Below, in pieces: positions 1 to 13,384 of a stretch of DNA of 64,000 bases (positions are counted from its first letter, which is position 1; the number at the start of each line of letters is the position of its first letter). The stretch is from Octopus sinensis. Its lineage: Eukaryota. Below the pieces are notes generated by a model. The model searched no databases. It was not told the DNA's origin and saw nothing but the letters and a program-made list of their open reading frames with translations. A program made the position numbers and the translations under genes. The DNA lies in contig NC_043008.1 in assembly GCF_006345805.1 (NCBI RefSeq), forward strand, positions 186,001 to 250,000, written 5' to 3'.

Positions 1-323
1 TGTAGGACAAGATTCTGTGATAGCCTGGGTTTCCGAGGCCCACAGCTCTTCAATATCCTCCCGAAGAACCTGAGAGACCTGCATGGGGTGGATACAGATG
101 TCTTTAAAATGAAGCTGGATCTCTTCCTGTCAGGTGTCCCAGATGAACCAACTTCACGGCAGGAGGGGCAGATGAGGGCAGCTGCATCGAACTCTCTCAT
201 GCACCAAATAGCAGTTGCTAGAAAACCTCCATGAAGTGAAACCAAGTAGCAACACCAAATGGCGGTGCCCCAGCATGGCCACAGCTCATAAGCTGAAACT
301 AGAATCAATCAATCAATCAATCA

Positions 324-326
<3 letters not shown>
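1..326 (+). mobile_element. 3' end of a CR1/L2-type LINE (ORF2 C-terminus, 3' UTR, (TCAA)n tail)
   Basis: Frame 1 reads CRTRFCDSLGFRGPQLFNILPKNLRDLHGVDTDVFKMKLDLFLSGVPDEP...AAASNSL...KPP* (stop 232-234). This matches the CR1-group ORF2 tail pattern GPxLFNxLP...FKxxLDxFL..VPDEP. A short UTR and (TCAA)n follow. Confidence 0.8.
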
Positions 327-402
<76 letters not shown>

Positions 403-404
403 AA

Positions 405-700
405 TCCCAAAAAGACGAACAAGCACAAAAAACTCAATGCGTGGACGTGATACATGTAATGTATTAGCAGACACTCAGGGAAGGAAAGAAAGACGGTTTA
501 ACGTTTCGAGTAGACGCTCTTTTTCGGAAACAGAAGGAAGTCCAATACAAGGGAAGACGGAGGAAAAACAATCGCCAACGATTCACATGTGGTTACATTT
601 TGAAATAACCGAGGGAATGGGTGAAGAAAAAGTTATTTCTAAGATAGGAGAGTGTAAGAGAAGGAGGTATGTGTGGGTATGTGGTGAGAATGTGTGGTTT
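405..700 (-). mobile_element. Penelope-type terminal repeat (pLTR) remnant, family A
   Basis: Same ordered motifs as 15465-15645 and 16355-16565 (ggacgtg...tattag/gg...ctcagg-aaggaaagaa...aacgtttcgag...tcttcg-cagaaa). Carries a degenerate hammerhead motif. PLE assignment is inferred from the known PLE-hammerhead association. Confidence 0.6.
496..531 (-). ncRNA. Degenerate minimal hammerhead ribozyme
   Basis: Minus strand GUUU-CCGAAAA-A-GAGC-GUCU-ACUC-GAAA-CG-U-U-AAAC. Helix I (GUUU/AAAC) and the palindromic ACGU helix III are intact; the CUGANGA core is mutated. Confidence 0.5.
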
Positions 701-726
701 TGGCTATTTATATATGTATGCGTGAG

Positions 727-774
<48 letters not shown>

Positions 775-2344
775 TATAAATGTGTATATATATAAATAAG
801 TATACGAGTTTCGCAGGCCCCTAACGAAAGCCCGACTCTTTCAGGCTTCCAAAGCGCGGAACTGATTCAGACAAATAGATGTAATGCATATATGTATGTG
901 TATGTATACAAAAACACCTAAATATACACATATAGCTGTATATACATAACATACACATATATAAACAAGTAAACCGTATGAATATTTCATTTATCTGTTA
1001 GGAATAAAAAAGTTCGCCTTCTCACTCCAATTAACTCACCTCCATAAATTTACAGTTCTTACAACAGGATAATGAAAACCAATTAACATTCTGGATGTTT
1101 AATTGCAATTGACGCTAATTCAACAGACACTGCGAACAAATTAATGAATGAGTCAACGAACAAAAACAAACAAACAAACAACTAATCAATCATTCATGCA
1201 TTCATTCATCCATTTATTCTTCATTCATACAAAAAATATTTGCTCATTTGTACCCTAAACATTTAACTTCTGTTTCGAAGCTGTCTCCCAAACATTCGAT
1301 CCAACTTGTTAACCAATCAGAAACATCTCCGCTACTTTTCAAATCCGTCACAAGTAGTACGAACAAATATATACACTACTTCTATTTCTCAATTTCTCTC
1401 TACACATTTATATAATGTATGTATGTATGTATGTATGTATGTATGTATGTATGTATGTATGTATGTATGTATGTATGTATGTTCGCATGAATGTATTTAT
1501 GAATATATGTATGTATGTTTGTATGTTTGCATGTATTCATATACATATATATATATATAAACACACACGCACATATATATACACTTACACACACATACAC
1601 ACACGCTCACACACACATATATATATGTGTGTATGTATGTATATATATAAGAGAGTTTGTGTGTGAGTGTGCGTATGTTCCTTATACATTCAAAAAGTCA
1701 GATGCCAATGCTGACGTATTGGGTATCAAAAGATCCAGTAATCTTTCGTCTACCAAATAAACTTTATTTTCGTTTTTATATTTTCTACGTTATCTCAACA
1801 ACCAGCTAAAGTTATTTGAAAGACACTACTCTACAACGACCAGGTTTCATTAGTAAGTGAAAATAGTTTCACCCTTTCAATTTGAACCACAATTACAAAG
1901 TGTCATGTACATGTTCATATTTGTGCACACATACACACACCACATATACGTACGTACACATTAGATTCATCTCTGTAGTTAAATTCGGAAAGTTTCGGTC
2001 ATTTTAGCCGCAACTCTTGATTTTTGTCCGAGTATTTGTCCTTCAGACTGCAAAATAGAATGTTAAAAAGCAATACACAAAGCTGTCACAGTTATATTTC
2101 CAAATTCATCCGTTTCTGTTTGGCTGCTTTGTTTTTGATATATTTTAAAACTCTAACCTAGAATTTTCTAAAAGACAAAGAGAGCCAAGTACAGAAGAGG
2201 GAAAGTAACTGTTCTGATAGAATTTCGGAATCTGGAGTGTTTTGCAATGTTCAATAGCAATGTGGTAAAAGGATTTTGGAAATGGTTTGAGATCATCTCG
2301 AACATATATAAAATCAAATTCATATAGAATTCTCATAGATAGAA

Positions 2345-3900
2345 TTTCTAAAAAATATATACTTATGCTAAGTTTTGTTGAATTGTGAAGTATACTTCCG
2401 TTATCTTTCGGAACTTTGAATTTCCTTCACATATTTCCAAATATTTCCTTTTTTTTTTGAAGCGTCTAATTTTGGTGAGAACTTCTTTATGCAGTGTAGC
2501 TGCATTGTTTTTCGGAGGTTTTGGGTCGTTCCTTGAGCATTTGTAGACGGGAAAGATTTTGAATTTTTCTTCTCCACATATTTCCAAATGTTTGCTCAGT
2601 GGAAATTTCCGTACTTCCTCTTGTCGGATGTGCTGCCTGTGGATTCTTGCGCGTTGGCAAAGGGAATTTTTGCTTTCGGCAATATCATTCTCCTTGCATT
2701 TGGGGCAAGTAATGCAGTTTATGAAGTTTTTTGTCTTGCAGTTCATATTTGCATTTACTTTGAATAAGAATCCACTCTTAAATTTTATGTGACTCTAACC
2801 GTCTATACATTTGTAGTTATTGTTGTTGTTGTTGCATATTCCACATCTGATCTCTTCACATTCCTTTAGAGAGACTTCTGTTACGTTCTCTGATGTGAAT
2901 TTTGCTGTTGTAAGTTGTTCCTTAAGGTTTTTTCCTGCCGTTTACTGTATCGCAGGTAGCTTTTGCCTATCAGTTTTCTCATTTTGGGGCTCTGTAAGAG
3001 TATTGGTAGGTTTGATTGTATAACGTGGAAAATATTGGTTATTCCAAGGTTGTATGTATTAATAACTGGAATAGTTTGTTCCTTAGTTTTTTTTCTTTTG
3101 GAGTCTTAAGTTGTGCAATGTCTAAATTCATTGCGTTTGAGATTCCATTATTTATTAGTTTCACAGGGTAATTTTGTTCTTGCAAGAAGTTTTTGATTTC
3201 ATCAAGTCTAATTTGGAGTATTTGTGGGTCAATTATTATGGTGCAGATGCGTCTTGCGAGACTGTATGGGATGTTCCTTTTGATGTGTGAGGGGTGGCAA
3301 GAGTAAAACTTTAAATATTGGAGTTGTGTATTTTGATGTGAATGTCTAGGAATGGTAGTTTATTGTGTCAGGTTTCTGTTGTGAATTTGATAGATGGGTG
3401 CACTGTGTTGAGGGTGTTGTGAAATGTTCGTAGGTCTTCTTTTGGTTTAACCCCCCCCCCAAAATGAAGCAGTCATCGATGTAGCGCTTCCATTTCTTCA
3501 TGATGTTTTCCTTGAAGTTGTGATCAAAGGTTTTTTCTGCTTCCTCGTAAAGTATATCGTCTAGGTAACGCAAGACTAGTTTGACATATGAGGGTGCAAA
3601 TTTCGTACCCATAGCCGTGCCCTTTATTGTCTGTATATCTTATAAAATCTGAAATTGTTTTCTTTTAGTACTAGATGAGTGACTTTGGTAATGAAGTCTG
3701 TTTTGAAATGTTCTGCGTTTCTCTACCCAGTGTTTAACCGCTTCCAGGTCTAAGGTATGTGGTATGTTGGTATAGATGTTAGTGACGAAAAAATTTGCAA
3801 GTGTAGTATCTTTCGAGATAGTAGTTGAGATGTGTTTGAGAAAGTCAAATTTTTACGGAATAAAGTAAAAAACAACATCTGGTTTATCAATTAAAACCTT
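2345..3900 (-). mobile_element. Penelope-like retroelement remnant (RT + GIY-YIG endonuclease), frameshifted
   Basis: Minus strand: DFLKHI...TLANFFVTNIYTNIPH (RT motif region, ~3720-3845); (A)MGTKFAPSY...WKRYIDDCF (3346-3612); CKTKNFINCITCPKCKE..IAESKNSL.QR.R.H.QHI (2363-2746, GIY-YIG with PLE-type Cys motif). Confidence 0.9.
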
Positions 3901-4266
3901 GACCAATTCATATAAAAAAATTATTTTACCTTCCCACCTTAAAAAACCACTAAGTACTAAACAAAACAAGTCTGACAATGCAAAGCCCCTCCTCTTTACC
4001 TCCTCAGCTTTCTCAAAAAAGTTTTCTTCTTCCTTCTCCCTTGCTTAGCAAACCCCACAAAAAAATTTATATATAAAAAGGCCAAGAAATCTAACTTTAA
4101 ACCACTTTTTAATAAATTCGATAACGGAAGAAAGCGGTAAAAAATTTGAATAAAATGTAAATAAAAAAATATATATAGTCATTCAACATTCTGACTACCT
4201 TATTATTCTAAATATACAATATCTGTACATCACTTCAAAAACTCTCTCTCTCTCTAAACATACATG

Positions 4267-4319
<53 letters not shown>

Positions 4320-5046
4320 GTAACATGCTTCCTTTCACTCGCTCTGTCTCGGTCTGTCTGTCAATCTACCGGTGTTTTACATTGAAAAATCTTAATTTTG
4401 GTTTGCTAACAGCATTTGTCTATAAATGTGTATCTGTAAATTTAGAGTTGGCAACAATTTTCTTCTACAAATTTCACATTCCTGAAAATACTTAGACATT
4501 GCTACTCCTCCCGCACGCACATACGCAAACGCATACAAATATATTTGTATATATATATATATTTATATATATGTATGTATTTATACACACACACACGTAA
4601 ATTCAAATTTCTGAAATTTGTTGTCTGTGATGACTCATAATTCTTAGCTTCCCGATAATTTCAAAAGAATTCCATTCAAGGCAGGTTAAATAGTCAACCT
4701 GCTATTTCTGATCACTGTTAGTAGCAGCATTGTTGGAACTCATTCATGTAGAAATCTACGTCTGTTTAGAAAAAGACTCACTCATTACTACACTACAACC
4801 ATAAACACGTTGCTTTCCCTTTCGTCTCTTCTCTTGCAATCATTCATGGTTTTATGCCCCATTAAACTATTAAGTTCTTTTTCTATTAAATGCCATTCAC
4901 CAATCGTCTTTAATTCTTTTTAATTCTCATTCTCTAACACACTGCCCAATTGTGCTTATACCGGCTCGAGGCATGCGCAAACCAGGCAGTTACCCGGGGT
5001 CCTCATCGAACTAGGGATCAAGTTTCGATCTATGTATTTTATTCTT

Positions 5047-5294
5047 TTTTTTTACTTTCATTCTTTTACTTGTTTCAGTCATTTAAAAGCACCGCCTTTA
5101 GTCGAACAAATTATTCTAGGACTTATTCTATCGGCCACTTATGCTGAACTGCTAAGTTATGGGGGCGTAAACATACCAACATCTGTTGTCAAGCGATAAT
5201 AGGGGGACAAACACAGACAAACATATACATATATATATGTATACATATGTGTGTGTATATATATATGTATGTGTATGTATATTTGTATGTATAT

Positions 5295-5330
<36 letters not shown>

Positions 5331-5447
5331 CGGCGGGCTTCTATCAGTTTCCGTCTACAATTTGCCCAAAGTGCCACGGAGTGGGACTAAGCTCAGAACC
5401 ATGTGGTTGGTAAGCAAGCTACTTACCATGCAGCCACTTATAAATTC
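5047..5447 (-). mobile_element. SINE family A (tRNA-like head, CORE-like domain, internal microsatellite), internally deleted
   Basis: Homologous to the full copy at 12837-13249; internal (TA)n/(TG)n stretch. Confidence 0.8.
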
Positions 5448-6903
5448 TATAAGGCCCAATCTATTGATTTGCTTTAGTTTTGGTGGTCCATGGGCCCGTT
5501 TATGAACTCTGTATACCATGGTTTGCTGGCAATAAATACTTTAGGGCTGAGTGTCTTTATTTGTTCTGGTACTCCACCGGCCTAGAGTCTTAATCTATAT
5601 ACGCTGTGGCTGCTGTCAATAGATAAGTATAGTGCTGAATAAGTCCTTACTTTATCGACCCCCGAAAAAGTAAACGGCAATGTTGGTCATGGAGGAACGT
5701 CACCTCAGTGTGTTAAGCCGGAAAAAATACCACTAAGTATATTATTCAACGTGTTAACGACTCTGGTTGCACGTCGCTTCTCTGTAGCTGGTATAATGGT
5801 TTATGCTCACGGGAACTAGTTGGTCTCGTCTCTCCACCTCTCTTCACCCTTTGTGTATCTAACCCTATTTTTCTCGCACTGGCCTTCATAACCAATCCTT
5901 CTTTCCCCACATTATCCGGCCTCCAGAATCTCCTCCTTGTTCATATCTTTCCTGCAGGTATTGATCTGCAACAATTTCAACGAAACACTGACGACATCAA
6001 TTTTACCAGTCTCGGAAGACTTGTATGGTTTATGACCCCCGTCGTTACCTCCAGACTCAATTAGTAAAAGAGAAAATACCCAATGACGTGCAGGCTTTGC
6101 CTGAGGGCACAAAACGAGCCAAGGCGCAAGCACAAGGCCAAGTAAGAAGTTTATGGACACATTTCCCCTCTGTCTACTACTGTTGCTCAACGCTGCGTAG
6201 ACTTTTGCTGGCTTCTGCTATCATGATTATCAACCGCCCGTTTTAGATGTTATATTTTGGAGACTTCCGCACTCTGATAGAGAACGGGGCGACTCAATGA
6301 CGTTACTGTTATTGGCAGAGACGCAACGTGAAATTACGGATCTACGAAAGCCAATGAATGACATCAATTTCTTATAGGGTGTTGTGAAGCGCATCTAGTT
6401 ATGACCGCTGGAAAAAGAAGAAAACTAATATAAAAATGAATAAATAAATAAAATCATGAGCAATTTTGTATCATCGCCTTGTACTTTGTAGAAACAACTA
6501 TACTGAGATCTATAAGTACCTCATCGTTTGGTTGAATTTAACATTCGGTAAAATGGAGTGAAGCCATATAACGTGTTAAAGTAGAAAGAAGTACTTTAAG
6601 AATCAAGTGACTCATGGGCAGAAAGATTCGAAGGACAGTGCTTATCAAAGTTTGATAATCATGCACTTATGAAAAAATCAAACAATTGTGAAACCGGTTG
6701 TTTAAAATAGAGAAATATTCTTATTCGCTTTCCATGCATTTCAACTATTATCCTACTTGCCTGCATGGAATTTTACCTATTCTCTCTCTCTCTTTCTCTC
6801 TCTCTGTATATATATATATAATGGTGAACAAACAAATAATACCACTAAATCTTCCAGCTTCCTGTTTTGTTACACACACACACATATACACACACACCCA
6901 TAT

Positions 6904-6948
<45 letters not shown>

Positions 6949-7212
6949 ATATGTATATATATGTGGGTGTGTGTGTGTGTGTGTGTGTGTGCGTGCGAGT
7001 TTGTGTGTGTGTGGTTGAATGCTCGAAATGAGGAGTAGATAGACAGCCGACAACTGATGAAGGTTCATTCTCTGTGTTACTTGTCCTGTTTACCATTTTG
7101 TTTGCGTATTTAACTCGTTTGTTTTCATACTTTATGTTGTTTACACAGTTGGTGACGTCCGATACCAATATATGCATGTGTGTGTGTGTGTGTATATATA
7201 TATATACACCTT

Positions 7213-7544
7213 TTTCTTCTAACTTGCTTCAGTCATTGGACTGCGGCTAAGCTGGGACCGACTTGAGTTGCTTTATTTGACTGAATCAAGCCAGGTACTT
7301 ACTTTTGTAAATCTTGTATATATTCTATCCATCCTTTTTCTGGAACCGCTAATTTGGGGGAGGGGGAGGGCGTAAACAAACCAAAATTGTCAAGCCGCTG
7401 GTGCTGGAAAAACACAAGGACGCATGCACATAATACATACATACATTCGTACGTACATACATACATACATACAAATATGTATATATTGCTATATATGCAC
7501 ATATATACATATATATTTATATTTATACATACATACACATATAC

Positions 7545-7579
<35 letters not shown>

Positions 7580-7687
7580 TGTATGTATGTATGTATGTAT
7601 GTATGTATGTATGTTGTATGTATGTATGCATGTATGTATGTGTGTATGAATGTATGCATGCATGTATGTATGCATGCATGCATGCAC

Positions 7688-7769
<82 letters not shown>

Positions 7770-7895
7770 ACTGTATGTTGTTTTGATCTCCTACCGCATC
7801 CACTCACGAAATTTTGGTAAGCCCGGGGGAGTAGTTGAAGATATTTGCCTAAGGTAAGACGCCGTGGGGCTGAACCTAGAACTATTTGGTTGCAC
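7213..7895 (-). mobile_element. SINE family A, degenerate, internal microsatellite expanded to ~380 bp
   Basis: Tail half at 7213-7405 and head half at ~7790-7895 flank (CATA)n/(TATG)n/(TA)n. Confidence 0.65.
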
Positions 7896-7982
7896 CTACA
7901 CGGAAACACGCATTCAAAAGCAAGCTCAAACACATTAACAATTTCTCATATGAACATGTGCATACACACAAAGCTACACACA

Positions 7983-8025
<43 letters not shown>

Positions 8026-8401
8026 ACGCACACACACAAGCACACAATACACACGTGCGTTCATTCATACAAGGGACCATTAGAACTTATGATATATCTG
8101 TAGCTATACGCATTTTATGTACACACTCATTCTTACACCACGCACACACATGCATTCATATACACACCCACGAAACACATCTATGCACACAGGTACAGTC
8201 AGATACCTAAACATAAGTGACTATTCCATGCAACTGGCTTTATGGACGGGATAGGAAGATAGGGTCTTCATTCATTGCTCTGTATTATTTAACTAAAATA
8301 GAAGAAATGAATAAGATTTAGTGAAAGCATAGAACCGTTTATACATACGTCTCTTCATGTACAACTGTATTTACTCGAGAACACACACGCACGCACACAC
8401 A

Positions 8402-8441
<40 letters not shown>

Positions 8442-8783
8442 GCACACACACACAACACGCGCGTACTCCTACAAACGATATGCGTAGATGTGTCAGAAGT
8501 AGTCCTTGTGTACGGAAGACGCTAAGAGACATAATACCAGATTCTGACGGCGACGGTGTCGTTGTAATTATAGGCCTTACTAGGTTAAGAGACGAATACA
8601 CGCATGTGCTGTACTATACCCTATGTGTGTGTGTGTATACATGTGCATATGTGTGTGAGTGTGAGTCTGTGCATATGTGTGAGAGTGTGGGTCTGTGCGT
8701 GTGTGTATGTATATATATATATAAACATAAGTAAAGACGTACATATACACATTATCTATCTACCTGCCTATCTACCTACCTAC

Positions 8784-8863
<80 letters not shown>

Positions 8864-9022
8864 ACACGCATACATACATATGAACGATTATGTACAAACA
8901 TTTGCACATGCATACCTACACACCTACACATTGCATTTACAATATGTACATACGTGGATTCTTGCATCCACGTAGGTATATTTTGTATTGTTTTATACGA
9001 TCCTCACAGACATACACACTCA

Positions 9023-9072
<50 letters not shown>

Positions 9073-9926
9073 TACAAACACAAGCAATCCCACTCAAATA
9101 CACACACACACACAAACATACAAACGCACAAACAGACACAGATACAGACAAGCACACACATACACAAACGCTCACACACTCTTCGCCCACACTACCATCT
9201 GCTAATGTGTCTACATATGTGTGCATGTACGTTTGTATGTGTGTGTGTGTGTATGTAGGTATTTATTTATGTATGTATGTATGAATGTGTGTATGTATGT
9301 ATGTATGTATGAATGTGTGTGTGTGTATGTTTGTATGTATGTATGTATATATGTATGAATGTATTTATGTATGAATGTATGTGCGTATGTGTGTATGTAT
9401 GTATGTATGAATGTATGTGTATGTGTATGTATTTATGTATGTATTTATGTATGAATGTATGAATGTGTGTGCGTGGATCGATGTGTCTTGTTCCATATGT
9501 TTATGTACGGAGGCTGAAAAGCGTCACAATACAAAGGCAGGCGCGTGGGCAGACAAGCAATGCTGACTGTATGAGTAGGTCACTGGGCAAAGAAGTAACA
9601 TCTGTGCGTATTTGCAGGACAGTGCGTGCGCGGGAGTGAGCTTACGTATGAAGACGTGTCAAGTACGGATGGCAAGAGGGGAGAGAAGTTTTGTTCGATG
9701 GCGTGTGTACGTGTGTGTGTGTGTGTGGTGTGTGTGTGTGTGTGTGTGTGTGTGTGGCTCTGGGTACGTGTGTTTGCGTGTACGTAACGGTTTATTTCAT
9801 ATATTTGTGTTCTTGGGATATGTGGAAAATGAAAACAGCTGTGGACATATTAGATATCTGCTCCAACTGTGCTATTATGACTGCTGCTATTAATGTTGTT
9901 GCTACTGTTGCTGCTGCTGCTGCTGC

Positions 9927-9957
<31 letters not shown>

Positions 9958-10109
9958 GCTGTTGTTGTTGGTGGTGTTACTGCAATGGTGGAGGAGATGT
10001 GTGAGCATGTGTGTGTATTTGGCATTGCAGTTACGTTCAAAATGCATCGCGGTATAGAAGCAGTGCCACATTAAATTCTATTCTTGTTTTCAGGCTCTTT
10101 GGCGGACAG

Positions 10110-11040
10110 ATACATACATACATACATACATACATACATGCATACATACATACATGCATACATACATACATGCATACATACATACATACATACATGCATA
10201 CATACATACATACATACATACATACATGCATACATACATACATGCATACATACATGCATACATACATACATGCATACATACATACATGCATACATACATA
10301 CATACATACATACATGTATACATACATACATACCTACATCATGCATACCATACATACATGCCATACATACATACATATAAATAACATACATACATACAAC
10401 ACACATACATACATACATGCATACATACATGCATACATACATGCATACATACATACATGCATACATACATACATACATGCATACATACATACATGCATAC
10501 ATACATACATGCATACATACATGCATACATACATGCATACATACATACATACATACATACATACATGCATACATACATACAGCATACATACATACATACA
10601 TACATACATACATACAAACATACATACATACATGCATACATACATGCATACATACATGCATACATACATACATGCAAATAAACATACATACATACCTACA
10701 TATATACATACATAATACTACATACATACATACATACGTACATTACATGCATACATAAATACATGCATACATACATACCATACATACATATATACATCCA
10801 TACATACATACATACATACATACGTACATACTGCATACATACATGCATACATACATACATACATAAGCATACATACCATACATACATACACACATACATG
10901 CGTGCATGCATACATACATACATACATAATACATACATACATGCATGCATACATACATACATACATGCGTGCATACATACATACATACTTATCTGCATAT
11001 GTGCATACACATGCGCAAACACATTTATACATACATATGC
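10110..11040. repeat. Long (CATA)n tetranucleotide array with CATG variants
   Basis: Directly visible; source of many spurious HTYI/MYVC ORFs. Confidence 0.95.
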
Positions 11041-11070
11041 ACACACACACTGTCATATATATATATATAT

Positions 11071-11467
11071 TTTTTGTTACTTGTTTCAGTCATTTGACTG
11101 CGGCCATGCTGGAGCACCGCCTTTAATCGAGCAACTCGACCCCGGGACTTATTCTTTGTAAGCCTAGTACTTATTCTATCGGGCTCTTTTGCCAAACCGC
11201 TAAGTGACGGAGACATACACACACCAGCATCGGTTGTCAAGCAATGTTGGGTGGGGGGGACAAACACAGACACACAAACATACACGCACACATATATATA
11301 CATATATACGACGAGCTTCTTTCAGTTTCCGTCTACCAAATCCACTCACAAGGCATTGGTCGGCCTGAGGCTATAGTAGAAGACACTTGCCCAAGGTGCC
11401 ACACAGTGGGATTGAACCGGGAACCATGTGACTGGTAAACAAGCTACTTACCACACAGCCACTCCTG
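11071..11467 (-). mobile_element. SINE family A, full length
   Basis: Reverse complement of the 12837-13249 copy from head (caggagtggctgtgtggtaag) to tail (ggtgctccagcatggccgcagtcaaatgactgaaacaagtaa). Confidence 0.9.
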
Positions 11468-12176
11468 TATATATATACATACATGCATTATGTGTAATAT
11501 ACATAAGCATGAAAATAAAAATAGGATTAAAACATAACAGAATATGCTTCAACACTCGAACTCACTTAAAGAATCTTGCAAACCAAATCGAAAGACGATA
11601 TATTATTTATATATATATATATATATATATTATATCTATATATAATATATATATATTATATATCCACATATGTATGTATATGTGTGTGTGTATGTGCCTG
11701 TACTGACGTACATATACTATGCATACAAATATACATGCACGCACACACACTTACACACACACATGCACACACACACACACGCAGCACACATACGTACGTA
11801 TGCATGAATGCATCTCTCTATCTATCTGTCTGTCAGTCTGCTGTCTGTCTGTCTGTCTTTCTATCTATCTTTATAATGTCTGTGTGTGTCAGTGTATACA
11901 TGGATATGTGTGTGTGTCAGTGTGTGTGTGTGTGTGTATGTGTGTTTGGTGTTGTGTGTGTGTCAGTGTGGTGTGTGTGTGTGTGCACATATGTTAAACG
12001 TAAACATGCTGTTATGCTGAGAAATTCTCTCTACACCCATGTGAGTTTGTTATTGTACAACTGAGCTGGCCTTGGATAGATATTTCCCGTTTAGGCCCTT
12101 GCTGAATGTTTCATTGTCAATGAAATAGGTGAACGGAAACGGCGCAGAATACGCCCATGTATAAATGTGTGTGTGT

Positions 12177-12224
<48 letters not shown>

Positions 12225-12484
12225 ATGTGTGTATTTATCTTTACGTGTATATAAATGTATGTTTGTGTATGTATTGTATATATGTATATATATACACATG
12301 TGAGTGTAAATAACTTGCGTATGTGTGTATAAGTGTGTGCCTGACTTTCTATTTGTGCCTCCCGCCTGGCAACCGGTGTCGGTCTATTTACGACCCCTTA
12401 ACTTATGCAAAGAGAGATAGATTACCAGCAACAAAATTGTGTTCGACTAAAGCTTTCACAAACACTCACATACACACACACACC

Positions 12485-12522
<38 letters not shown>

Positions 12523-12836
12523 AAACCGCACATACACACATACGTATGTGTGTATGTGTATGTATGTATTTATGTATATATCCGTGTATGTATGTATTAG
12601 TGTATGTATTAGTGTATGTATATGTGTATGTACATACGTATGAACGTATGTCTGTCTGTGTGTATATAACTACGTACGCACATATGTATGTTGCATATAT
12701 GTTTATATGTATATATTTGTGTATGTATGTGTGTATGTATACACTTATGTATGTCTGTATGTACGCACGTACGTACATACGAATTTATGTATGTATGTAT
12801 GTATGTATGTATGTATGTGTGTATGTATGTATGTAT

Positions 12837-13249
12837 AGGCGCAGGAGTGACTGTGTGGCAAGTAGCTTGCTTACCAACCACATGGTTTCGGGTTCAGTCC
12901 CACTGCGTGGCACCTTGGGCAAGTATTCTTCTACTATAGCCTCGGGCCGACATAAGCCTTGTGAGTGGATTTGGTAGACGGAAACTGAAAGAAGCCCATC
13001 GTATATATGTATATATATATATGTATGTGTGTGTATGTTGTGTGTGTCTGTGTTTGTCCCCATAGCATGCTTGACAACCGATGCTGCTGTGTTTGCGTCC
13101 CCGTAACTTAACGGTTCGGCAAAAGACACCGATAGAATAAGTACTGGGATTACATAAGAATAAGTCATGGGGTCCATTTGTTCGACTAAAAGGTGGTGCT
13201 CCAGCATGGCCACAGTCAAATGACTGAAACAAGTAAAAGAGTAAAAGAG
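12837..13249 (+). mobile_element. SINE family A, full length (reference copy)
   Basis: A-box-like TGACTGTGTGG and B-box-like GGTTCAGTCCC; CORE-like ccttgggcaagt...; internal (TA)/(TG) repeat; 3' tail ggtgctccagcatggccacagtcaaatgactgaaacaagtaaaagagtaaaagag. Confidence 0.9.
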
Positions 13250-13384
13250 TATGTATGTATGTTGTATGTATGTATGTATGTATGTATGTATGTATGTATG
13301 TGTCCTCTGACTGCGGATCTGACTTGTCTCATGCTTAGTTTGTTAATCACCGTCGGTATTCAAGTCCGCCCAAGGAACGTAACC

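Noticed and set aside
2145-2336. IPKFYQNSYFPSSV, resembling a LINE ORF2 tail
   Set aside because: A single weak motif; insufficient to call.
6668-6704. GAAACCGGUU palindrome resembling helix III
   Set aside because: No helix II or helix I pairing, and the core is mutated.
7015-7075. GAAA...CUGAUGAAGG, permuted hammerhead-like order (also 45411-45450 minus)
   Set aside because: The intervening sequence cannot form helices III and I, so it is not supportable as a type II hammerhead.
12837-12915. tRNA genes (also 36305, 55900-55977, 58630-58702)
   Set aside because: A/B-box-like heads continue into SINE bodies, and I cannot fold a full cloverleaf.
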